From an uncultured archaeon (GTDB lineage: Archaea > Iainarchaeota > Iainarchaeia > Iainarchaeales > CSSED10-239), in NCBI GenBank assembly GCA_964496765.1, contig CAZCAP010000003.1, positions 36,854-68,853 of the forward strand: a stretch of DNA of 32,000 nt, in the 5' to 3' direction. Position numbers and translations under genes: made by a program. Under the pieces are notes generated by a model. It was not told where the DNA came from and did no database searches. It saw only the letters and a program-made list of their open reading frames with translations. Of the stretch, positions 1 to 7,714 are shown one piece after another. How positions within the stretch are numbered: the first letter of the stretch is position 1; each line of letters starts with the position of its first letter.

Positions 1-998
1 TTTAAAATCTTTTCTTCAATATGGTTTGCAAAAGATAGATAAAATGTTGGATAAACTATTTCAAACTTCTTTAAATCAATATCCTTTGAAAAAAAACCAC
101 TTTCCAAATCTCCCTTTATTCTAATTCTTACAAAAGGATCTTTCTTATGTTCTTTTAGCTTTATTTTTTCAAGCTCCTCATTTACTTTTGCTTCAATATC
201 TTTTGGATTTGATTTTTTAAAAGAAAGATCAATATATATGACTGGTCTTGTTTCTTTAAGTTCACTAAATCTTAGTTCTTTTGTTTCTGTGTCAAGGATG
301 TAGAATCCCTTTGGAGTATCTGATTCTAGCTTTTTATTTTGAGTAGCAATGGTTGAACCTGGCATAATAAAGGTTCCACCCTGTTCAAGCTTTTCAAGAG
401 CTTTCCAATGAAGGTGGCCATTAACTATTAAATCAAATCCACTAGGGAGATTAGCAAGTGTTAAAATGTTATCATCATCAAATGGAAGAAATTCTTTAAA
501 TGATTGATGAATAAGAAGAATATTATAATTGTTAGGTGTAGGTGTTGGGTTCCATTTCTTTAAAACCTCTAAAGCATATTTATCTGGAATTCCAGACAAC
601 CCAAACACACTTATATTATTAATTGTAAATAAATCTCCATGTAGGTACTTAATAAAGCCCATTACCTCTAGGAGTTCAATTGTGCTCTTATATTCCTTTC
701 CTCTGTATTCATGATTTCCAGGAATACCTATCATTGGTATCTTTAGGATTTGATCTCCAATCTTGAGATTTAGTTTATTTTCTATTTTTACTTTATTTAA
801 TAAATTAATTGCTTCAAAAAAAACTTCGGGGGTAGGTGTTTGCTTATCAAATAAATCTCCAGAAACTAAAATCAAATCAATCTTTTCTTCTTTCATTATT
901 GTGAATGCTTCCGATAGATGAGTAAATGAATCAATTTCTAGTTTTGGATCTCCCCAAAGGTATCCAAGATGCCAATCAGATGTTATTGCTATCTTCAT
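1..998 (-). CDS. Mre11/SbcD-like DNA repair metallophosphoesterase, C-terminus truncated by window edge (missed by ORF track)
   Basis: Reverse strand reads MKIAITSDWHLGYPWGDPKLE...DLILVSGDLFDKQTP...IPMIGIPGNHEYRGKEYK...NILLIHQSF...DLIVNGHLHWKAL; calcineurin-like motifs DxH, GD, GNHE and GHLH are all present, and the frame stays open to base 1. Confidence 0.85.
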   Translation of the reverse strand, partial: MKIAITSDWHLGYLWGDPKLEIDSFTHLSEAFTIMKEEKIDLILVSGDLFDKQTPTPEVFFEAINLLNKVKIENKLNLKIGDQILKIPMIGIPGNHEYRGKEYKSTIELLEVMGFIKYLHGDLFTINNISVFGLSGIPDKYALEVLKKWNPTPTPNNYNILLIHQSFKEFLPFDDDNILTLANLPSGFDLIVNGHLHWKALEKLEQGGTFIMPGSTIATQNKKLESDTPKGFYILDTETKELRFSELKETRPVIYIDLSFKKSNPKDIEAKVNEELEKIKLKEHKKDPFVRIRIKGDLESGFFSKDIDLKKFEIVYPTFYLSFANHIEEKIL

Positions 999-1085
999 AA
1001 AATCTCTTTTTTTGTTTTAAAGGGTAACAAATATAAATACGTCTATAATTAAATATATATAGTAGTAACTTAATATAATAGTTAT

Positions 1086-1156
1086 GCCTCGGTGGCAGAT
1101 AGGCTATGCATCCGCCTGCAGAGCGGAAGAGTGGGGTTCGATTCCCTACCGAGGCT
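1086..1156 (+). tRNA. tRNA-Cys (GCA)
   Basis: Acceptor GCCTCGG/CCGAGGC, D stem GCA/TGC, anticodon stem TCCGC/GCGGA with loop CTGCAGA (anticodon GCA), T stem TGGGG/CCCTA with loop TTCGATT, discriminator T as expected for tRNA-Cys; no encoded CCA. Confidence 0.93.
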
Positions 1157-1184
1157 TTTAATTTAAAACAATGAAGTTTCAATA

Positions 1185-3347
1185 TTAAATTGAAAGCAAG
1201 TTCTTTAATATTTCTTTTTCTTGTTTGTGTATTATTTCTTTGTATCTTATTTGATCTTTATTCACAAGAACAGCATTTATTTTTAATTCAACCAGATTTT
1301 TAATTACTTCTTCTGTGTAATCATTTTTAATGTCAAAGATTCTTTGTATCTTGCTATTTTTACACATACTAATTACTGCTCTTAGTTTATCGAAGTAATC
1401 TATCTCTGGAACATCAAACACAATAAAATCAGAGCCTGCCTCAAGATACTGTTTTAATATGTGTGGTTTATTTAAATCATTTATTGATACTCCTGTTTGA
1501 CATTCAGTTTCTTTTTTAACAGAATTAAATTCCTCAGTTGATTTTATATTTTCTATAATTATGTTTATATTTTTGTGTTTCTTATTAATATCAATCAATG
1601 CTTCTATTTCTAAATGTGATAGGTTTTCATCAACCAAATTATCTTGGTGTAGATTTAATAAATAATAGATGGTTTTATCTGGTAATGCCATCATTAATGT
1701 TTTTATTTTTTTACTAAGGTTAGGAATTACCTGTTCTTTGTTAGTTAGCATTGTATATATTTCATCACTAGTAAACAATGATTTGAAATTAATTAGAAGA
1801 CCATTAACATCTGCGAAATTAACTTCACTTAATTCTGTTGGTTTTCTTAATTTAAAAATTATTTTTGTAATTGTTTCTGGATATTCTGGTTCTCTTTCTT
1901 GTATTTCTCCAATTATTGTTGAAATATCTTTCTCTTCTTGTATTTCTTTATATGCTGCATTTACACTTCCTACTGGCTTTAGTCCAGTAAGAGCATAAAC
2001 TGCACCAGTTGTTCCATTAATTTGGATATAATCCCCATTCTTCAAAGTAGTGGTTGCTTTTCTAGTGTTAACAATACAGGGTAATGAATATTTTTCAGCA
2101 ACAAGAGCGGCATGGCAAATAGCAGATCCAACATCAGTAATTATTCCACAGCCATCCTTAATAATATCAGTCATGAATCCATTAGTCATTTTTGTTACAA
2201 TTATTGTTTTTTCATTTATGTCCTTCAGATCTGTTTTAACATCTTTGATAATTTTAACATATCCGTTTGTAACCCCTGAGAATACAGGAACTCCTTCAAG
2301 AACAAGATCTTTCTTAAAAGCATCTATTTTTTCTTGAAAATATACTTTTTTCTTTTTCTTTGCTTCTTTGATTTTACAATCTAGTGGATCTGCAGAAATA
2401 ATGAAAATTTCTGCTTTTTCAAAAGCCCAATCAATACAAAATGCACATTTAAATTGGGATTCTAGTTTTTTCGCTAATGATGTTAACTCTTTTAGGTATG
2501 CTGTTTCTAATTTTTGTTTATCCTGGTCTTTCTTTTCAATATTCTCTTTAACTGTTTTTCCAAGAACTCTTTTCAGTTGCCATTCTTGAGGTGCTTTGTT
2601 TTTTTTAATAACATCTAAATTTTTTTTTGACATTTCATAATGATCTGGTGTTATTTCCTTAACAATTGTTGATCCACCAATTCCCCAAACAGCTTCAATA
2701 ATTGTGTTCTTTTCTCCAACTTCTTTACTTGTGATCATTATTCCAGATATTTTTGCATTTACCATTTTTTGTATAATAATGCACACTCCGATTTTCGTAA
2801 AGTCTAATTTTCTTTCATGTAGATACTCTAAAACTTCTGGAGAAAACATTGTAAAATAACATTCTTTAATGTGTTGGATTACGTTATCAAATCCCTTTAT
2901 ATTTAAATATCCACATTGTTTTTCTAAATAATCTAAATCAGTTTGTGAAACCTCTTCAGAAGTAAGTGATACTCTCACAGCAACGAAATCATCTATTTTA
3001 CTGTTAAGCCAACCAACTTTTGTTTCCCCAACCTTGTTATACATTTTTTCAAGATCAGATCTTAAATCATCTGTTTCTTTATTTTTAAAAAATAGTTTTC
3101 TAATTTCATTAGATTTTAATTGAATATCATTTCTGCTTTTGTAATCAATTGTTCTTATAATTTCTGTGATTCTTTCCTTAAGATTATTTTGTTGAAGATA
3201 ACTATAGTATACTTTTGAACTAATTGCAAATGCTCGCGGAATTGCATATTTTTCTCTTGTTAGTTCAGCAAGGTGTGTTGCCTTATAACCTAAAGTGTAT
3301 ACATCATTGTCATTGATTTCTTTTAGCCATTTGATTAGTTCTTCCAT
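1185..3347 (-). CDS. PEP synthase / pyruvate phosphate dikinase-like protein with divergent C-terminal domain
   Basis: N-terminal PPDK_N-like region (VAVRVSLTSEE, IIIQKMVNAKISGIMIT, EAVWGIGGSTIVKEITPDHYEM), swivelling phosphohistidine domain (DVGSAICHAALVAEKYSLPCIVNTRKATTTLKNGDYIQINGTTGAVYAL); C-terminal barrel is short and divergent. Confidence 0.8.
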   Translation of the reverse strand: MEELIKWLKEINDNDVYTLGYKATHLAELTREKYAIPRAFAISSKVYYSYLQQNNLKERITEIIRTIDYKSRNDIQLKSNEIRKLFFKNKETDDLRSDLEKMYNKVGETKVGWLNSKIDDFVAVRVSLTSEEVSQTDLDYLEKQCGYLNIKGFDNVIQHIKECYFTMFSPEVLEYLHERKLDFTKIGVCIIIQKMVNAKISGIMITSKEVGEKNTIIEAVWGIGGSTIVKEITPDHYEMSKKNLDVIKKNKAPQEWQLKRVLGKTVKENIEKKDQDKQKLETAYLKELTSLAKKLESQFKCAFCIDWAFEKAEIFIISADPLDCKIKEAKKKKKVYFQEKIDAFKKDLVLEGVPVFSGVTNGYVKIIKDVKTDLKDINEKTIIVTKMTNGFMTDIIKDGCGIITDVGSAICHAALVAEKYSLPCIVNTRKATTTLKNGDYIQINGTTGAVYALTGLKPVGSVNAAYKEIQEEKDISTIIGEIQEREPEYPETITKIIFKLRKPTELSEVNFADVNGLLINFKSLFTSDEIYTMLTNKEQVIPNLSKKIKTLMMALPDKTIYYLLNLHQDNLVDENLSHLEIEALIDINKKHKNINIIIENIKSTEEFNSVKKETECQTGVSINDLNKPHILKQYLEAGSDFIVFDVPEIDYFDKLRAVISMCKNSKIQRIFDIKNDYTEEVIKNLVELKINAVLVNKDQIRYKEIIHKQEKEILKNLLSI

Positions 3348-3476
3348 ATTTTATCAATTTATTTCACAAGTTTTTAAAGCAGAAAAATATAAATATATTG
3401 TTTTTCACTATTATAATATATAGAAACCTATTTATACTTTATTGGTTCGGTTAATGTGTAAAAATTCCAAAAGACC

Positions 3477-3505
3477 AACCTAAACCTCAAAAAGAGTTAG
3501 GTTTA
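3477..3505. repeat. Short inverted repeat TAAACCT/AGGTTTA (overlapping AACCTAA/TTAGGTT)
   Basis: TAAACCT 3481-3487 and AGGTTTA 3499-3505, offset overlapping AACCTAA 3477-3483 and TTAGGTT 3497-3503, upstream of the 3560 ORF. Confidence 0.5.
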
Positions 3506-3559
3506 AAAGAGCTATCCACCGAATATATCTGGAAAAGTATACTTAATTAACGTGCTGCT

Positions 3560-4720
3560 ATGCTGAAATATAAAAAAAATGAAAATAATTTGCAAATCTA
3601 TATCATTATTGGTTTATTAGCTATTATTGCGCTTTTGATTTTTTCCATTAATTCACGAATAAATAAATATGATGAATTATCCTATGATTATTATACATTA
3701 GAACTAGATAACAATAAAAATATTCAACTAAATAGCGATTATAATAGTTTACTAATTAATGAAATTAATAAGTTTATTGATTTGCACTCTAAGTATCTTG
3801 TTTTAGAATATGATAATTTTGTAAATATAGAAAAAATAAAAAATTTAACAAAAGACAAAAACACACTTACTGCTGACTATAATACACTTAGTAATGAATA
3901 TACTTCATTAATGACAGAAATTAATACATTTAAAACACAAATAACCCAATCAATGGATTGGTTTAAAGCTAACTCAACAATAGATGATATTAGTGATTCT
4001 GATAGATTAAAATCACACCTACGTACCTGTGTTAGTTGTAATGAAGAAACATGTATAATCAAAACAGCGTGCATTGATTGGTTTGTAAATGAAAGAAAGT
4101 TCAATTTAAAGTACGCAGATGATAATACAATTTCGAATAAGGAAGACAAACTTCAATCTCTAGATTCTTTTTTATTGAATGAAGCAGGAGATTGTGAAGA
4201 TTATTCTTTATTATTCACTGCTGAAATAAAATATTTGGTGGATTATATAATTGTGGAAAGGCAAAGAACACCAGTGATAGAAGCAATGATTAAAACAAAC
4301 ACAACAGTTGATTATAAAATTGTTGGAGATTGGTATTATAATGAAGGTATAGAAGCCTATCCTTTAGATAAAGATTATATTTATCCAACAGTTGCCTGTG
4401 GTGATTTATTTGACCCCCAAACTAATGAATATAATGGTCATTGTGTGATAATGATTACAAATAAAGATATTGATTCTGTTTCTGATTTATCTAAATTAAA
4501 TAAAATTTATTTAATTGAACCTCAATTTGGGGATTTTATTGGTTTTGCTAAGTATGATGGAGTAATAAAAACAGATGATAATTCAAGAATTGATTTACTT
4601 ATTACTAAAAAAGATCTTTATATGCACGAATCAAGATTTTATGTTAATTCAAATTATACTAATGCTAATTGGTATGGCTATGAGACCTTTTTAAATGAGA
4701 TAAATAGTATCCAAAAATAA
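3560..4720 (+). CDS. Membrane-anchored transglutaminase-like cysteine protease-fold protein
   Basis: N-terminal TM helix (IYIIIGLLAIIALLIFSI) followed by an extracytoplasmic domain with GDCEDYSLLFTAEIKYL and downstream NGHCVIMIT, the Cys-His arrangement of transglutaminase-like domains. Confidence 0.6.
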   Translation: MLKYKKNENNLQIYIIIGLLAIIALLIFSINSRINKYDELSYDYYTLELDNNKNIQLNSDYNSLLINEINKFIDLHSKYLVLEYDNFVNIEKIKNLTKDKNTLTADYNTLSNEYTSLMTEINTFKTQITQSMDWFKANSTIDDISDSDRLKSHLRTCVSCNEETCIIKTACIDWFVNERKFNLKYADDNTISNKEDKLQSLDSFLLNEAGDCEDYSLLFTAEIKYLVDYIIVERQRTPVIEAMIKTNTTVDYKIVGDWYYNEGIEAYPLDKDYIYPTVACGDLFDPQTNEYNGHCVIMITNKDIDSVSDLSKLNKIYLIEPQFGDFIGFAKYDGVIKTDDNSRIDLLITKKDLYMHESRFYVNSNYTNANWYGYETFLNEINSIQK

Positions 4721-4756
4721 CCTAATTTTGCTTGGACACGCACCCCCCCGAAAAGG

Positions 4757-4767
4757 ATATATAAACT
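4757..4767 (+). promoter_or_regulatory. Putative archaeal TATA box of radA
   Basis: AAAAGGATATATAAAC after a purine-rich BRE-like stretch, about 130 bp upstream of the radA ATG. Confidence 0.45.
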
Positions 4768-4793
4768 AACATTGTATATATTTATGATAGAAA

Positions 4794-4817
4794 CCAGAAG
4801 TTAACCTAACTTCTTGG
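4794..4817 (+). promoter_or_regulatory. Hairpin in the radA leader
   Basis: Perfect 8-bp inverted repeat AGAAGTTA-acc-TAACTTCT (4796-4814) extendable to CCA/TGG with one unpaired T; located at the predicted 5' end of the transcript. Confidence 0.5.
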
Positions 4818-4894
4818 AAACTGAATTGTGAGGCGAGAAACACAAGAAATAAAACGCAAAATATAAAGAAAATATAGGAAAAAGGTGAATATAC

Positions 4895-5977
4895 ATGAGT
4901 AGAGTAAATAAAAAACAAGACGAAGAGTATGTAGAAACTTCTGAAGACATTAAAGAAGTAGAAGATACAGATACAAATGAAGATGATTTTTCTGAAAAAA
5001 AGAAAAAATTAAAGATAGATGATGATATTATTGATAAAATTAAACCAAAAGACATATCTGATCTTCCTGGAATCGGAGCTACTTCTGCAGAGAAACTAAG
5101 AGCAGCAGGATATGATACCTATGAAGCAATTGCTGTTGCCTCACCAATGGAACTTGTTGCTGTTGCAGGTCTAGGAGATGGAACTGCAATTAAAGCAATT
5201 AAGGCAGCTCGTGATTCTCTTGAAATGGGTTTCGAATCTGCTGAAAAGATATTAGAAAAAAGAAAAACAATCTCAAGAGTATCAACTGGTTCTGAAAACA
5301 TTGATGAACTTCTTGGTGGAGGAATTGAATCCCAATCAATCACAGAGGTTTATGGTAAGTTTGCTTCTGGTAAATCACAATGGTGTTTCCAACTATGTGT
5401 AATGGCTCAAATGCCTGTTGATAAGGGTGGGCTTGGTGGAAATGTATTGTATATAGATACAGAAAACTCATTTAGACCAGAAAGAGTACAGGACATTGCA
5501 AGATATAGAGGAATGGATCCTGAAGAGGTTGTTAAGAATGTATTTGTTGCAAGAGCATACAATAGTAATCACCAAATGCTTCTTGCTGAAAAAGCAGCTG
5601 AGCTTATTAAAGAAAAAAATGTTAAATTATTAATTGTTGATTCTTTGATGGGGCAGTTCAGGTCAGAGTTTACTGGAAGAGGAACGTTATCCGACAGGCA
5701 ACAGAAGATTAACACACACATGCGCCTTCTTCAGAAGTTATCTGAATTATATAATATTGTAATCTTTGTAACTAATCAGGTTATGTCAAGGCCAGATGTA
5801 TTATTCGGAGATCCAACTGATGCAGTTGGTGGTAATGTTGTAAAGCATGCTTCAAAAACAAGAATTTATTTAAGAAAGGGAACAGGAACAAAGAGAATTG
5901 CAAAGCTTGTTGATTCCCCAGGGCTCCCTGATGGAGAAACAGTATATAACATCACAGAAGATGGTGTACTAGATTAA
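4895..5977 (+). CDS. radA: DNA repair and recombination protein RadA
   Basis: HhH region LPGIGATSAEKLRAAGYDTYEAIAVASPMELVAVAGLGDGTAIKAIKAA plus RecA core (YGKFASGKSQWCFQLCV Walker A, LLIVDSLMGQFRSEFTGRGTLSDRQQKINTHMRLLQKL, VIFVTNQVMSRPD). Confidence 0.97.
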   Translation: MSRVNKKQDEEYVETSEDIKEVEDTDTNEDDFSEKKKKLKIDDDIIDKIKPKDISDLPGIGATSAEKLRAAGYDTYEAIAVASPMELVAVAGLGDGTAIKAIKAARDSLEMGFESAEKILEKRKTISRVSTGSENIDELLGGGIESQSITEVYGKFASGKSQWCFQLCVMAQMPVDKGGLGGNVLYIDTENSFRPERVQDIARYRGMDPEEVVKNVFVARAYNSNHQMLLAEKAAELIKEKNVKLLIVDSLMGQFRSEFTGRGTLSDRQQKINTHMRLLQKLSELYNIVIFVTNQVMSRPDVLFGDPTDAVGGNVVKHASKTRIYLRKGTGTKRIAKLVDSPGLPDGETVYNITEDGVLD

Positions 5978-6020
5978 AGGTGAAGGATAAACTTCCTTCT
6001 TCTTTTCTTCCTTTTTATAT

Positions 6021-6051
6021 GCCGTAAGAGGTTCAAATCCCCTCTGGAGCT
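6021..6051 (+). other. tRNA 3'-end-like fragment
   Basis: GCCGTAAGAGGTTCAAATCCCCTCTGGAGCT resembles a T-arm (TTCAAAT loop, 4 of 5 T-stem pairs) plus acceptor 3' strand; no tRNA 5' half precedes it. Confidence 0.4.
6041..6051 (+). repeat. 11-bp direct repeat, copy 1 (CCTCTGGAGCT)
   Basis: Identical to 7686-7696; the two copies bracket the ATPase gene. Confidence 0.6.
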
Positions 6052-6122
6052 GACTGCACAAAACCCCCTAATTTGTGCACTCGAAACACACATTTAAAAA
6101 TATATTTATTCATATATATAAT

Positions 6123-7385
6123 ATGGATAAACAATATTTAGAACAAATAGTTTTAGATCAAAAGGAAAGATTGTCTAAACTGAAAGATGGGTACCCAAGA
6201 AACAAACTTGCGGATTTATCTGATTTAATAAAACATAAAATAAACATAGTTGTGACGGGTCATAGAAGAAGTGGTAAATCCACATTTTTATTACAATGGA
6301 TGAATAAATATTATAATTCTGATTTTTATTATTTAGATTTTTCTGATGAAAGGTTAGTGGATTTCAAAACAACTGATTTCCAATTATTATATGAAATATT
6401 TTTAGAACACTTTGGAGAAAAAAATATTTTTTATTTTGATGAATTACAAGGAAAGAAATATGATTGGAATAAATTTGTAAATAGACTCTACTCCGAAGGG
6501 AAAAGATTTTTTATAACTGGTTCTAATGCCGATTTATTAAGTAAAGAAATATCCACTTATTTAACTGGTAGGCATTTTGATATAACGATATACCCTTTTT
6601 CTTTTAAAGAATACTTAGGGTATAATAATTTTAATAAAAATTATAAATCAACATCTGGTAAAGTAGAAGTTATAAAATATTTTAATAATTATATAAAACA
6701 AGGTGGTTTTCCAGAAGTTATTGTTTATAAAACTACAGATATATTAGATAATATATACCAAGATGTAATAAATACAGATATTTTGAATAGGTATGATATA
6801 AAAGAGGATACTGAATTTAAAAAAATGACTTTGTTTTTAATATCTAATTTTGGGAGAGAATTTTCATATACTTCTTTAAAGAACAATTTTAATTTAGGCA
6901 GTACTCATACAGCTATAAAATATGTGTCTTATTTAACAAATACCTATTTGTTATTTGAATTAACCAAATATGATTATTCTTTAAAAAAGCAGGATACTTA
7001 TTCTAAAAAGATATACTGTATAGACACTGGTTTGGTAAATAAGATTTCTTTTAATTTTTCAGAAAATATAGGTAGATTATATGAAAATTTAGTATTTATA
7101 GAATTAAAAAGAAGAAATAAGAATATTTATTTTTGGAAAGATAAATTGGATTTAGAAGTTGATTTTTTAATTGTGGAAAAAAATAAGGTAGCTTCTCTAA
7201 TACAAGTAACTTATGATATAAGTAATCTTAAAACTAAAGAAAGAGAAATAAAAGGTTTGCTTTCTGGATTAAATGAATTTAAGCTTAAAGAAGGAATAAT
7301 AATAACAAAAGATTTAGAAAAGGAAGAGAAAATAGATAATAAGATAATTAAGTATATTCCCATATGGAAGTGGTTATTGGAATAA
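6123..7385 (+). CDS. ATP-binding protein of the AAA_14/DUF4143 family
   Basis: Walker A VTGHRRSGKSTFLLQW, Walker B IFYFDELQG, sensor-like FFITGSNADLLSKEISTYLTGR, FPFSFKEYL, and C-terminal DUF4143-like LENLVFIELKRRNKNIYFWKDKLDLEVDFLIVEKNKVASLIQVTYDI. Internal ATG (MDKQYLEQ) preferred over the track's GTG at 6075. Confidence 0.88.
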   Translation: MDKQYLEQIVLDQKERLSKLKDGYPRNKLADLSDLIKHKINIVVTGHRRSGKSTFLLQWMNKYYNSDFYYLDFSDERLVDFKTTDFQLLYEIFLEHFGEKNIFYFDELQGKKYDWNKFVNRLYSEGKRFFITGSNADLLSKEISTYLTGRHFDITIYPFSFKEYLGYNNFNKNYKSTSGKVEVIKYFNNYIKQGGFPEVIVYKTTDILDNIYQDVINTDILNRYDIKEDTEFKKMTLFLISNFGREFSYTSLKNNFNLGSTHTAIKYVSYLTNTYLLFELTKYDYSLKKQDTYSKKIYCIDTGLVNKISFNFSENIGRLYENLVFIELKRRNKNIYFWKDKLDLEVDFLIVEKNKVASLIQVTYDISNLKTKEREIKGLLSGLNEFKLKEGIIITKDLEKEEKIDNKIIKYIPIWKWLLE

Positions 7386-7530
7386 TCTTCTTGAATTAGA
7401 ACCACTAAGATATATTTAAATATATGTTATGCCATAATATTTGCACTAACCTCCCTGTCATTGTCGCGAACAAGGGTAGGTGTACTAACCTATTTTTATG
7501 ACGTGGATAATTTCATATTATTTATGGTTA

Positions 7531-7560
7531 GGGTAACAATTAAAATCAGCTTTGTTACCC
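7531..7560. repeat. Inverted repeat GGGTAACAA/TTGTTACCC
   Basis: 9-bp perfect stem (7531-7539 and 7552-7560), 12-nt loop. Confidence 0.75.
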
Positions 7561-7570
7561 CAACAACTTT

Positions 7571-7623
7571 GTATTACTCAAATATGATTAATATTGCCGA
7601 TATTTGTTAGTTGTGAGTAATAC
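7571..7623. repeat. Inverted repeat GTATTACTCA/TGAGTAATAC with nested CAAATAT/ATATTTG
   Basis: 10-bp perfect arms at 7571-7580 and 7614-7623 (11 bp with T7570/A7624); a nested 7-bp pair lies at 7579-7585 and 7600-7606. Confidence 0.75.
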
Positions 7624-7654
7624 ATAATAAATTAGAGTTTTTTATAGGGCAAAA

Positions 7655-7696
7655 CCAGGAGCTTTTTCACTTTAGGGTAGAAGCTCCTCTGGAGCT
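7655..7696. repeat. Mutually exclusive hairpins AGGAGCTT/AAGCTCCT and AGCTCC/GGAGCT
   Basis: AGGAGCTT 7657-7664 pairs with AAGCTCCT 7681-7688; AGCTCC 7682-7687 can instead pair with GGAGCT 7691-7696. Includes direct repeat copy 2 (7686-7696). Confidence 0.65.
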
Positions 7697-7714
7697 AGTA
7701 ATTTTCAAAATAAG

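Noticed and set aside
529-714. Track ORF (+) antisense to the Mre11-like CDS
   Set aside because: Opposite strand of a strongly motif-supported gene.
976-1182. Track ORF (-) 68 aa across the tRNA-Cys locus
   Set aside because: Overlaps a well-formed tRNA and the start of the Mre11-like gene; low-complexity translation.
1669-2589. Three plus-strand ORFs (1669, 2050, 2368) antisense to the PEP-synthase-like gene
   Set aside because: Hydrophobic shadow translations of a long coding gene on the other strand; no motifs or spacing support.
4801-5055. 84-aa minus-strand ORF over the radA start
   Set aside because: Mostly the complement of the acidic RadA N-terminus; no independent support.
6075-6122. 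GTG start and N-terminal extension MHSKHTFKNIFIHIYN for the ATPase
   Set aside because: The extension covers the AT-rich promoter-like stretch and an 8-bp inverted repeat (TGCACAAA/TTTGTGCA, 6055-6079); the ATG at 6123 gives a normal family N-terminus.
6041-7696. Calling the DUF4143 ATPase region a definite toxin-antitoxin or anti-phage system
   Set aside because: No partner gene, nuclease or recognised defence gene adjacent; only a single ATPase and repeats are visible.
7655-7696. Riboswitch/attenuator interpretation of the alternative hairpins on the plus strand
   Set aside because: No plus-strand gene lies immediately downstream to be regulated; kept only as part of the structured intergenic block.
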